A DNA stretch of 52,963 nucleotides, taken from a virus. The DNA is taken from the IMG/VR virus record IMGVR_UViG_3300049028_000001. One strand, given 5' to 3'. The notes beneath the pieces are model-generated. The model did not search any database. It was not told where the DNA came from and saw nothing but the letters and a program-made list of their open reading frames with translations. The translations under genes and the position numbers were made by a program. Shown here piece by piece: positions 16,284 to 24,507 of the stretch; the stretch's first letter is position 1, and every line of letters starts with the position of its first letter.

Positions 16284-17435
16284 ATGTGTGGTCTTGTTGG
16301 AATGATTTTAAATACCACCAATGGACCAGTGTTTTCTGATGTTACAGCATTTGAAGAACTACTGTACATTGATGCATTGCGTGGTGAAGATTCAACTGGT
16401 GTAGCTGCTCTCTATAATAATGGAGATATGCAGGTCATTAAAGATTCCTGTGATGCTAATTACTTTCGATCCACCAAGGAATTTACAGACTTTAAACGGG
16501 ATTTTATTAGTAAAGGCCGTGTAGTATTAGGTCATAATCGAAAGAAGACTGTAGGAAAGATTGACCCTACAACCGCACATCCTTTTCTTATTAACGATCG
16601 CTTTGCTTTTACACATAACGGGACACTACACAACCACAAGAAACTAGCAAATACAGAAGTAGACAGTGAAGCTCTTGGTATTCATCTGACTGAATGTGAA
16701 GGAAGCCTAGTTAAGCTAGAGAAAGCTTTAGCAGAAGTAGAAGGTGCCTTTGCTTGTGCTTGGATCGATCAACAGACAGAAAAGGTATTCCTGTTACGGA
16801 ATACGGAACGGCCCTTGTATCTAGCTAAGACTCAGATTGGCTATATCTATGCTTCTGAGCCGGCTATGATTACCTTGGTGGCATTGCGTAATCGAATAAA
16901 AATCGATTCCATTGATCCTGTGGATACGGATACTTTATATACCTTCTCTCTCCCTAAAATCTATGGAGTAGATCTAACAAAAGATAAGCTGGTATACACA
17001 CCAAAAAAAGCCAAGCCCACTACGTACCATGGCAGCACCAAAGTAGTGGGCATGCATTCTACAGTGAAGGCTGCGAATAACTTTCTCAACTCTGATGTTT
17101 ACGGTACTAGCAAGAATGCCTTTAAAAGATTTCGTAATAAGAATCTTGGGAAGGTTGTTCCCTTCTATGTAGAAGACTTCGTAGAGAAGAACTACCCACA
17201 AAACGATGGAGACTGGCTACTCTTTGGTAAATGTGATTCTCTAGAAGTAAATCATATGGTTTGTGGTGTAGTTAAAAACGCAACCATGTATGCTATTGAA
17301 GAAGATTACATGAACCATTTAGCATATGGTCAGATCTTGAATGTTGAATATGATGAGATTTCTAAGTTGGTTAAGATTTCAGTTGGATCAATAACACTAG
17401 CAAAACCCCATGAAGCTGCGCTTACTAAGCACTAA
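16284..17435 (+). CDS. class II (Ntn) glutamine amidotransferase with a C-terminal domain of unknown function
   Basis: N-terminal MCGLVG with the nucleophile Cys at position 2. RGEDSTGVA, GHNRKKT and FTHNGTL are typical of the GATase-2 fold. About 170 extra C-terminal residues are unassigned. Confidence 0.65.
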   Translation: MCGLVGMILNTTNGPVFSDVTAFEELLYIDALRGEDSTGVAALYNNGDMQVIKDSCDANYFRSTKEFTDFKRDFISKGRVVLGHNRKKTVGKIDPTTAHPFLINDRFAFTHNGTLHNHKKLANTEVDSEALGIHLTECEGSLVKLEKALAEVEGAFACAWIDQQTEKVFLLRNTERPLYLAKTQIGYIYASEPAMITLVALRNRIKIDSIDPVDTDTLYTFSLPKIYGVDLTKDKLVYTPKKAKPTTYHGSTKVVGMHSTVKAANNFLNSDVYGTSKNAFKRFRNKNLGKVVPFYVEDFVEKNYPQNDGDWLLFGKCDSLEVNHMVCGVVKNATMYAIEEDYMNHLAYGQILNVEYDEISKLVKISVGSITLAKPHEAALTKH

Positions 17436-18096
17436 ACTAAAGTCACAGTCTTTAAAGAGACTGGCACAGGGTCTATCAACAGCGCTGGGCTATAAGGTCT
17501 GGCGTAGTTCTAAGCCAAAGCCTAATCGAAAGCATCTATTGTATGGTGACCAAATCTGTAAGATTGAACAGTATAAATGGTTTAAGCAGGAAGCAATTCC
17601 TAGCCTTGAGTTCACATTATCACAGGGAGAAGCACAAGAATGGGCTAAAGTGGCACCTGTGGTATGTAGAAAACTTACCAGGGCATCAGAAGGCAAGGGA
17701 ATTGTTATCGCAGAGTCGCCAGAACAAGTGGTGGTGGCTCCTGTGTATACGAAATATCGCAAAAAGAAGAAGGAATACAGGGTTCATGTGTTCAAGGGCA
17801 CGATCGTGCATGTACTAGAAAAGCGGAAACGTAAAGGTGTGGACGTTACTGAAACGAAAGTACGTAACACGGCTAATGGCTACGTCTTCTGCTCTGAGAA
17901 TGTTGTGGAGCCTGAAGGATTACGGGAACTAGCTCTAGCCGCTTCTAAGGTAACTAAGTCAGATTTTAAAGGGGTAGATATCGGCTACAATGAAAAGAAG
18001 AATGAGCTGTTTGTTATCGAAGTTAACTCTGCTCCTGGTATTGAAGGTTCTAACGTAGATCGATATGTCCAGGTCATCAAAGCAAACCTCTTCTGA
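17410..18096 (+). CDS. ATP-grasp family ligase candidate
   Basis: 228 aa. A K-rich central region (YTKYRKKKKEYRVHVF) and a C-terminal FVIEVNSAPG(I) resemble ATP-grasp core strands. It is adjacent to the amidoligases. Confidence 0.5.
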   Translation: MKLRLLSTKLKSQSLKRLAQGLSTALGYKVWRSSKPKPNRKHLLYGDQICKIEQYKWFKQEAIPSLEFTLSQGEAQEWAKVAPVVCRKLTRASEGKGIVIAESPEQVVVAPVYTKYRKKKKEYRVHVFKGTIVHVLEKRKRKGVDVTETKVRNTANGYVFCSENVVEPEGLRELALAASKVTKSDFKGVDIGYNEKKNELFVIEVNSAPGIEGSNVDRYVQVIKANLF

Positions 18097-18268
18097 TCCT
18101 AAAGAATCTCTTCGATTTCATTTATATGACATTGAAACTTTTATTGACGAAGTTATTGGCACACTTCAGGATGCCTATGAAGATGAAGAGGCGATGTCAT
18201 TATTAAGAGTAGCGATTAAGAAAGTACAAAAGTCCCGTTTACTATTAAACTACCTAGAAAATAAATGA
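18065..18268 (+). CDS. hypothetical protein
   Basis: 67-aa track ORF. ATGA overlap with the next small ORF. Confidence 0.35.
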   Translation: MSRSSKQTSSDPKESLRFHLYDIETFIDEVIGTLQDAYEDEEAMSLLRVAIKKVQKSRLLLNYLENK

Positions 18269-18429
18269 AGATTAAATTTACAGGTGAAATTGAAATTCCT
18301 GATGGAGCAGATGACAGGGGTACTGTAGATTTTTGGGTTATCCAGACAATCGAACAAATCATACAGGACGGTCCCGAATCAGATGATATTTATGACAAGC
18401 TCAAGTTAACCTGGGACATTACAGAATGA
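18265..18429 (+). CDS. small hypothetical protein (54 aa, below track cutoff)
   Basis: MKIKFTGEIEIPDGADDRGTVDFWVIQTIEQIIQDGPESDDIYDKLKLTWDITE. ATGA overlaps at both ends. Confidence 0.4.
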   Translation: MKIKFTGEIEIPDGADDRGTVDFWVIQTIEQIIQDGPESDDIYDKLKLTWDITE

Positions 18430-19106
18430 ACATTACAATTACAAATAAAGGTAACTACGCAGAAGAGGGACAACCTAATCCTATGCGTTGGATGCTATTG
18501 AGTAAAAATGAAGACGGGTCATTCCAGAATGAAACTTCATGGCTACGGTGCAAAGACTTCTTCAATGACTTCGTGTGTGCTCGTCATACTGGGAAGTTCT
18601 TCCGTATCTATGGCTTCGATACCTCCAAGATGAACTTGGGTAATCCAGAAGAACCGGTGTATATTCTTCTAGATGTGCTTACTGAGCAGTTTGTATATAA
18701 TATGGGGACACTGAATACATGGCTAAAGGATGAACAGGGAATGCCCACGATTCCCTCTAGTCCTCAAGGCGAAGGTAAATATCTACTTACTGTAGATCCT
18801 GTGTATTTCAAGAATACCTATAATGTCTCCTTGATTACTCTGCTAATTCGGTTGATGAATATCTCACATGAGTTTCAAAGCTTTGATGAGGTATTGACTT
18901 ATAAGAAGTTCTTTGAAAAGGAAAAGCCTAAGTGGGATGAGGTAGTTAAGAAGGGACTCTTCTTCTCTAAGTTTCCTGAGAAGTTAAAGAAGTTTGTTTG
19001 GTATTGTGGTGATAAGTTCAACTCTGAAACTAAAGACCTACCAGAATATCAGCTAGCAAATCTAGTACATAATAATGGTGTACTGAATTGGGGACAATAT
19101 CTATAA
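18426..19106 (+). CDS. hypothetical protein
   Basis: 226-aa track ORF. No motif recognised. Confidence 0.55.
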   Translation: MNITITNKGNYAEEGQPNPMRWMLLSKNEDGSFQNETSWLRCKDFFNDFVCARHTGKFFRIYGFDTSKMNLGNPEEPVYILLDVLTEQFVYNMGTLNTWLKDEQGMPTIPSSPQGEGKYLLTVDPVYFKNTYNVSLITLLIRLMNISHEFQSFDEVLTYKKFFEKEKPKWDEVVKKGLFFSKFPEKLKKFVWYCGDKFNSETKDLPEYQLANLVHNNGVLNWGQYL

Positions 19107-19423
19107 TGAGTAAACCAGCACATAAGAATACTGAAAGACCACCGGGACAAATTGTGAATTCTGTTGATCCTGATCTAAAGTTCGCTAAAGCACAATATGA
19201 ACATGATCTAGACCTACGACCCCGTAGGTTAGGAGATATCATCGATCGAGTTAAACGACAAGAAGAGGGGGTGATTAAGACCTTTGACTATGAAGCTTGG
19301 AGAAAAACACTATGGGAATTGATTGATTACTACCGTACACACGCGGAACATGATGGTCAGTCCTATAGAGATTCAATTAAGCATCATCTAACACTACTAC
19401 CAAATAATAAAAATGCACTGTGA
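19106..19423 (+). CDS. hypothetical protein
   Basis: ATG at 19106 overlaps the previous TAA (TAATG) and is in frame with the track ORF from 19088. Confidence 0.5.
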   Translation: MSKPAHKNTERPPGQIVNSVDPDLKFAKAQYEHDLDLRPRRLGDIIDRVKRQEEGVIKTFDYEAWRKTLWELIDYYRTHAEHDGQSYRDSIKHHLTLLPNNKNAL

Positions 19424-19676
19424 TTGCTGTGATCGAATGCTGAGTGACTACGAATGTTCTATTAAACATCGTACTGAGGGGCATCACCTGAACACCTGTC
19501 TTAAATGCCTACAAGGCTTAGGTATTCCTTTTGTAGGGAATCAAGCCCTATCTCGTAAGCCTGTCTTAGAAGACGATGATGAGGTGATGCTGGATAATGA
19601 GAATAACTGTATGGATGATCTGATCTATACCAATATCGATAAGTTCTCTGAAGATAACGAGGAGTATGACGATTGA
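19413..19676 (+). CDS. zinc-ribbon protein with strongly acidic C-terminal tail
   Basis: CDCCDRM...TCLKC cysteine pairs, then EDDDEVMLDNENN...SEDNEEYDD. It lies directly upstream of the primase. Confidence 0.5.
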   Translation: MHCDCCDRMLSDYECSIKHRTEGHHLNTCLKCLQGLGIPFVGNQALSRKPVLEDDDEVMLDNENNCMDDLIYTNIDKFSEDNEEYDD

Positions 19677-20400
19677 TTACTTCAGGTTTCATACAAACTG
19701 TCCTAATTGCGGTTCAAGTGACGCTAGGGCTGTTTATGCTAGCGGTAGTAGCTTTTGCTTTAGTTGCCATAGGTTCAGCTCTGGGAACGTTTCTCCATAC
19801 GCTGTTCAAGAAACTGTTAGGGAAACTAAGGAAGTAGTTCTACCAGATGATGTTGGGTTTAATTATTCTCCTGAATGCTTAGAGTGGGTAAGTAAATATG
19901 GACTATCAACAAACGAACTTATCGAACGACGAGTCCTCTGGTCAGACTACAGACAACAACTCATCTTTACCTGGTATGATCAATCGGATAACCTTCTCCT
20001 GTGGCAAGCTCGTAACTTTAAACCCGGTGCTAAGAAATACTTTACCCGAGGAGTACCAGATGAATGTCTTCCCATTTACTACCATCGAAGTCCTACCGAA
20101 GGACAATCACTGGTAATTGTAGAAGACTGCATCAGTGCTATTAAAATAGCCCATATAAGCGATTCTATGCCTGTGCTGGGGTCAGATATCAACCGAGCTA
20201 AGTTATCGCGTCTACGGGCCTATTACGGGCCTTCCTGCCGGGTTGTGGTTTGGCTGGATGGAAACATGTACCACAAAGCCCAGCGAATTGCCCAGCGGAT
20301 GAACATGCTGGGGATGGATGCTAGGGCTGTTTACTCTGACTTAGACCCTAAGTGCTATAGTGATGAAGAAATTCGTAAAAAGGTGTTGACAAGTGACTAG
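19666..20400 (+). CDS. DNA primase (T7 gp4 N-terminal type: zinc ribbon plus TOPRIM)
   Basis: CPNCGSS...CFSCH zinc ribbon. TOPRIM Glu in LVIVEDCISAIK and an acidic motif in VVVWLDGNM. Confidence 0.75.
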   Translation: MTIDYFRFHTNCPNCGSSDARAVYASGSSFCFSCHRFSSGNVSPYAVQETVRETKEVVLPDDVGFNYSPECLEWVSKYGLSTNELIERRVLWSDYRQQLIFTWYDQSDNLLLWQARNFKPGAKKYFTRGVPDECLPIYYHRSPTEGQSLVIVEDCISAIKIAHISDSMPVLGSDINRAKLSRLRAYYGPSCRVVVWLDGNMYHKAQRIAQRMNMLGMDARAVYSDLDPKCYSDEEIRKKVLTSD

Positions 20401-20415
20401 AAAGTGTGGTATACT
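20386..20415 (+). promoter_or_regulatory. sigma70-type promoter overlapping the primase stop
   Basis: TTGACA (20386..20391), 18-nt spacer, TATACT (20410..20415), with an extended -10 TGG. Confidence 0.6.
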
Positions 20416-20421
20416 AGATGT

Positions 20422-20660
20422 ATAGGCTGGAATTTTATCGGTGAGGTACGTTGTTATCCAGCCACGCCTTCAAAAGAAGGCTCTCGCACAAACAAGATAC
20501 AGGTGCAAACGTGGGCAAGCCTAGAGCGTGTAGGGACACCACTATATGTGGTCGGACGAATAGTCTAGGGCTGATTGGAACTTCAGGGTGATACCTAAGT
20601 CTTCAAGCTGGTTTATACTCGTAATTGGGTAGGGACTAGGCTTGAAGAAATTTCTTAGGG
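20422..20660 (+). ncRNA. candidate structured non-coding RNA / long structured 5' leader
   Basis: No ORF on either strand. Hairpins are GGCTGGA/TCCAGCC (20425-31/20457-63), GCCTTC-aaaa-GAAGGC (20466-81), CCTAGA/TCTAGG (20520-25/20564-69), and a long helix CCTAAG-t-CTTCAAGC / GCTTGAAG-aaattt-CTTAGG (20594-20608/20640-20659). Confidence 0.4.
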
Positions 20661-20672
20661 TGATATATAATT

Positions 20673-21026
20673 ATGGAATATATTAAAGATCAATTATACG
20701 TAGCTTTTAATAAGCAAGCAGATTATACTTACTACTATAAGTATTTAGGAAATGATCAGTGGACAGGTGGCTGGATTGATCCCATAAAGGTAGCTAAGGA
20801 TACTGTACCTACTTGGAATACATCAGATCTACATGTATTGGGTACTGCTACCAAACACGATCCGAAGTTAACCGAAGAACTACAAAAATTATTCAGAGCT
20901 GAACTTCCTATGAATGGTATGGTAAAGAAACTGGTAAACCTTGAGTTCACGTGGGAGTTTAACGAAGTTAAGCCAAAGAAGCTTCCTCCTAACATTCGTA
21001 TTATCAATAAACGAAATGACATTTGA
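20673..21026 (+). CDS. hypothetical protein ending in K-rich ...NIRIIN motif
   Basis: 117-aa track ORF. C-terminus KPKKLPPNIRIINKRNDI. Confidence 0.5.
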   Translation: MEYIKDQLYVAFNKQADYTYYYKYLGNDQWTGGWIDPIKVAKDTVPTWNTSDLHVLGTATKHDPKLTEELQKLFRAELPMNGMVKKLVNLEFTWEFNEVKPKKLPPNIRIINKRNDI

Positions 21027-21201
21027 AGAATTCATGGTCCTAGAACACGGACTACTAAAAAATCCTACTTTAGGTAAATCCTGGACAGCGTACCTTGAAC
21101 GAAAAGAAAATGAATATGCTTTAAGGTATTGGAAAGAGAGGTATAAAGAAGCCCTAAATAAGAAACCTATTCGTATAATTAATGCAAAGAAACCATCATG
21201 A
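21016..21201 (+). CDS. hypothetical protein (MTFEEFM...KKPIRIINAKKPS)
   Basis: ATG at 21016 in the frame of track ORF 20941..21201. Its N- and C-termini parallel the next ORF. Confidence 0.45.
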   Translation: MTFEEFMVLEHGLLKNPTLGKSWTAYLERKENEYALRYWKERYKEALNKKPIRIINAKKPS

Positions 21202-21464
21202 CATTCAATGAATATATGAATGAGACTTTAGGGGGTCCTATTGGATTTCCCTTTGGCACATGGGATAACTGGCTTGCCCACCATAAGGAACACTCTGATC
21301 TAGGAAACAGCTTTTATTATGCACAGGTATGTGTTAAACATGTACAAGAATATTTAAAGAAATGTCAAGAAAAGGGTATACAACCTATTCCTATTAATAA
21401 AGAAAAGAAGAGTATCAGAATAATTAATGCACCACGAACTATCGATAATCAAAGCATTTCTTAA
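21198..21464 (+). CDS. hypothetical protein (MTFNEYM...KKSIRIINAPR...)
   Basis: 88-aa track ORF with ATGA coupling. It shares the MTF.E.M start and the K-rich IRIINA end with ORF 21016..21201. Confidence 0.5.
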   Translation: MTFNEYMNETLGGPIGFPFGTWDNWLAHHKEHSDLGNSFYYAQVCVKHVQEYLKKCQEKGIQPIPINKEKKSIRIINAPRTIDNQSIS

Positions 21465-22659
21465 ATATGAAGTCTGGCTTAGTTATCAAGAGTGCCTAAC
21501 AGCTACTGATTTTCCAGAGGATCTACAGCTACTCTATCGTACTCTGGATAGCTTCCATAAAACTAACGACTCCAAGCAGGATCTACACCTTCTAGACCTA
21601 AGTAATCTGTTCTTCAGTAACCGACCGAAAGACAGGGAGTTCTACGAAGGTGTATTCAAGACTCTCGATTCGTACGAACCTAATTACGAGACAGTAAAAC
21701 AATTAATCCTATCGATTAAAAGAGCAAAGACTCTTAGAGAAATTAGTATTGCCAGCTACGAAGTAGCAGAAGGCAAAAAAGAGTTTGATAAGCTAGCTCC
21801 CCTGCTAGCCTCACTCAGCGAAGAACAAGACCAAGGTAGTGAGCAAACCGACGAGTTCGTCACAGACGATCTAGAAACACTCGTCAATAAAGTTTATCTG
21901 ACTCCCGGCCTACGTTGGCGTTTAAATACGCTAAATCGAATGCTAGGCTCATTGCGTAAAGGTAACTTCGGTTTCCTATTCGCTCGTCCTGAGACAGGTA
22001 AAACCACCTTCCTTGCATCTGAAGTTAGTTTCATGGCTGAACAGGTCAAAGGGCCTATTCTCTGGTTTAACAATGAAGAAGTACATGAGAATGTAAAGCT
22101 ACGGATTATCCAAGCTAGTTTAGGTATTAGTACTGAAGAGATTCTCAGTAATGTAGCTCGGTATCAGAAGGAGTTCCTAGAGCGTACTAAAGGTCATATA
22201 AAAATGCCTTCAATGGCATCATTCAATAAAAGTGATATCGAACGTCTATGTAAGAAATACCAACCTAGTCTTATTGTGCTTGATCAAATAGATAAGATCC
22301 AAGGGTTTGCTGCTGACAGAGAAGACCTGATGTTAGGTGCGGTCTATCAATGGGCACGAGAGTTAGCAAAGTTATATTGTCCTGTAATCGCTGTATGCCA
22401 AGCGGATGCTACTGGAGAGAACACTAAATGGTTAACGATGAATAACGTAGCCAATGCAAAGACTGCTAAGCAAGCAGAAGCAGATTGGATTCTTGGTATC
22501 GGTAAGATCCATGATACCGGATGGGAGAAGATCCGATTTCTACATCTATCTAAGAATAAGCTAACAGGAGATAAGGATACTGAAGCAGAGCTTCGCCATG
22601 GTAAACTAGAATGTCTTATCGAACCACAAATTGCTAGGTATGCAGATATAAAGAGATGA
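21427..22659 (+). CDS. DnaB/T7 gp4-like replicative helicase
   Basis: Walker A GFLFARPETGKTTFLAS and Walker B LIVLDQIDK, followed by VIAVCQAD and a RecA-like core. Confidence 0.8.
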   Translation: MHHELSIIKAFLKYEVWLSYQECLTATDFPEDLQLLYRTLDSFHKTNDSKQDLHLLDLSNLFFSNRPKDREFYEGVFKTLDSYEPNYETVKQLILSIKRAKTLREISIASYEVAEGKKEFDKLAPLLASLSEEQDQGSEQTDEFVTDDLETLVNKVYLTPGLRWRLNTLNRMLGSLRKGNFGFLFARPETGKTTFLASEVSFMAEQVKGPILWFNNEEVHENVKLRIIQASLGISTEEILSNVARYQKEFLERTKGHIKMPSMASFNKSDIERLCKKYQPSLIVLDQIDKIQGFAADREDLMLGAVYQWARELAKLYCPVIAVCQADATGENTKWLTMNNVANAKTAKQAEADWILGIGKIHDTGWEKIRFLHLSKNKLTGDKDTEAELRHGKLECLIEPQIARYADIKR

Positions 22660-22835
22660 AGCATCCAAAGAATAGAACTACAATATATGTGATTATCCGC
22701 TTAGCCTATAACAATCCTGTTATCCTTGATTCCTTTAGAACTTATGAAAGAGCAGAAGAAGTTCTAGGCATCTATCAAAAAGATAAACCTGAATACGAAT
22801 ACGAAATAATGGCGAGTACATACTACAATGAGTAA
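22656..22835 (+). CDS. small hypothetical protein (59 aa)
   Basis: ATGA overlap with the helicase stop. MKHPKNRTTIYVIIRLAYNNPVILDSFRTYERAEEVLGIYQKDKPEYEYEIMASTYYNE. Confidence 0.4.
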   Translation: MKHPKNRTTIYVIIRLAYNNPVILDSFRTYERAEEVLGIYQKDKPEYEYEIMASTYYNE

Positions 22836-22977
22836 AATGACTGAGATTTCTGAAGAAAGATATGAATACCTTCTAGAGAGAGATGCTTGGCTTGATGCCT
22901 TGGAGCAAGCAGGGGTAGATAATTGGGAAGGTTACGACGAAGCACTTGAGATTTACAATGCTTTTAATGCAGAATAA
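22828..22977 (+). CDS. small hypothetical protein (49 aa)
   Basis: MSKMTEISEERYEYLLERDAWLDALEQAGVDNWEGYDEALEIYNAFNAE. It overlaps both neighbours. Confidence 0.35.
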   Translation: MSKMTEISEERYEYLLERDAWLDALEQAGVDNWEGYDEALEIYNAFNAE

Positions 22978-23242
22978 ATATGAATGTCACATCACTACTT
23001 TTACTAGTAGTGCAGAAGTAGCTACAGAAGTGGCTAAAGAACTCCACTGGAAAACGTCAGAGATTGCACGAGATCCTGTACTAGGTAATGATACATATTT
23101 CTATTTAACTAGTCATAGTGATTCATATGATCGTATGTGGGAACGTATGGTAGAAGCAGTAAATTTACTAGAACTTAAGGGCTGTAAAGTAGTTCGAGAA
23201 AAAATTGAGCATATCGTCTATGACCGACGTTATAACCTCTGA
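22967..23242 (+). CDS. hypothetical protein
   Basis: In-frame ATG at 22967 within the track ORF from 22946. MQNKYECHITTF... Confidence 0.45.
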   Translation: MQNKYECHITTFTSSAEVATEVAKELHWKTSEIARDPVLGNDTYFYLTSHSDSYDRMWERMVEAVNLLELKGCKVVREKIEHIVYDRRYNL

Positions 23243-24359
23243 CTGGGAAGTAACAACACACAATATAGGCTCTCCATTTGATCCACGTAACAAAGCAGTT
23301 TGCTTAGGTATTAAAGAGGACAACAATGATACTTACTGTCTTAACTTTCTTGAGTATCAGAATTTAACTGCATTGAATACCAAGCTACAAGATAAACTAC
23401 TGGTATTCTTCAATGCTAAGTTCGACGTGCATTGGTATCGAAGGCTAGGTCTATCAAGTGTGCTGGAAAGTAAGATATGGTGTTGTCAGGTAGCTGAGTT
23501 TGTATTAGAGGGACAAACTAAACCATATCCAAGCCTTGAGAATACTGCTGTTAAGTACGGCTTAGGACATAAGATCGATGTAATCAAAGAAGAGTATTGG
23601 AGTAAGGGAATCAATACTGATGAGATTCCTACCCAAGTTCTTCATGAGTACTGTATCCAAGACGTAAATCTTACCTACCAGATTTATCTCAAACAACTAG
23701 AGCAATTTCAAAAGAGTCCTAAGCTCTTTGTACTATTCAAATTGATGTGTCAGGATCTGCTGGTCTTGGAGGAAATGGAATGGAATGGCTTGATATGTGA
23801 TGAGGAGTTGTGTAATCAGCGAGCGGAGGAATTAGATAAAGAAATACAACAAATCAGAGAACAACTATCTAACGTATATCCTGACATTCCCATTAACTTT
23901 GGTAGTAACGATCAGCTTAGTGCTTTCCTATACGGTGGTAAAATCCCTAGAAAAGTTAGCAAGCATGTAGGATTTTATAAGAACGGTAAACCTAAATATA
24001 AACTCGAAGATGAGCCTTGGGTACTACCACGATTAGTAGAGCCCATCAAGGGTTCAGAGATGCAAAAAGAAGGTGTGTATGCGACAGATGAAGCTACTTT
24101 ACGAAAGCTTAAAGGTCCGGCTGCAACTAAGTTTGTTGGTCCTTTACTTAGGTTGGCTGAACTTGAGAAACTATGTTCGACGTACTATCGAGGACTTCCT
24201 AAAATTATTGAAGAAATGAATTGGTCTAAAGGAGAGATCCACGGTAACTTCAATCAAGTAGTTGCAGCTACAGGGCGTCTGAGTAGCACAAAACCTAATC
24301 AACAGAACTTCAGTAGTGATTGTTTAGACGTCTTCATTTCGAGGTATAAGGATGGATGA
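23205..24359 (+). CDS. family A DNA polymerase, N-terminal part (3'-5' exonuclease plus thumb; ends just before motif A)
   Basis: Exo motifs SDWEV, FFNAKFDVHW and HEYCIQDVNLTY. Pre-motif-A TGRLSSTKPNQQNF. The ORF stops at ...FISRYKDG-TGA. The likely start is the ATG at 23220. Confidence 0.8.
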   Translation: MSISSMTDVITSDWEVTTHNIGSPFDPRNKAVCLGIKEDNNDTYCLNFLEYQNLTALNTKLQDKLLVFFNAKFDVHWYRRLGLSSVLESKIWCCQVAEFVLEGQTKPYPSLENTAVKYGLGHKIDVIKEEYWSKGINTDEIPTQVLHEYCIQDVNLTYQIYLKQLEQFQKSPKLFVLFKLMCQDLLVLEEMEWNGLICDEELCNQRAEELDKEIQQIREQLSNVYPDIPINFGSNDQLSAFLYGGKIPRKVSKHVGFYKNGKPKYKLEDEPWVLPRLVEPIKGSEMQKEGVYATDEATLRKLKGPAATKFVGPLLRLAELEKLCSTYYRGLPKIIEEMNWSKGEIHGNFNQVVAATGRLSSTKPNQQNFSSDCLDVFISRYKDG

Positions 24360-24507
24360 AATTGACGACTATATCTTTGCTTTAATGGAATTGGCTGCTT
24401 TACTTCAAACAGTAGGTCCCAGCAAGCTATTAAACGATTTCAAGCAACAATATCCTAAAGAGTATCAACAGCTTGTTTTAGGAGTCTTGGAGGAATTACC
24501 CAAGTGA
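24352..24507 (+). CDS. mini-ORF a inside the polymerase gap (51 aa)
   Basis: MDEIDDYIFALMELAALLQTVGPSKLLNDFKQQYPKEYQQLVLGVLEELPK. Its ATG overlaps the end of the Pol-N ORF and its stop overlaps the GTG of mini-ORF b. Confidence 0.3.
   Translation: MDEIDDYIFALMELAALLQTVGPSKLLNDFKQQYPKEYQQLVLGVLEELPK

Noticed and set aside
20422-20660. A cobalamin riboswitch (prompted by ccagCCACGcc and the B12-dependent RNR), or a degenerate group I intron (gacgaatagtct)
   Set aside because: I could only match fragments of the B12-box or core consensus. The element is not upstream of the RNR gene. The intron-like string differs from the conserved element and no exon context exists.
22967-23242. 2H-phosphoesterase (cyclic-nucleotide phosphodiesterase / anti-CBASS-like) assignment based on the N-terminal HITT motif
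   Set aside because: Only one H-x-T-x motif is present. The second candidate (HSDS) does not fit, and the protein, at about 91 aa, is too short for a 2H fold.
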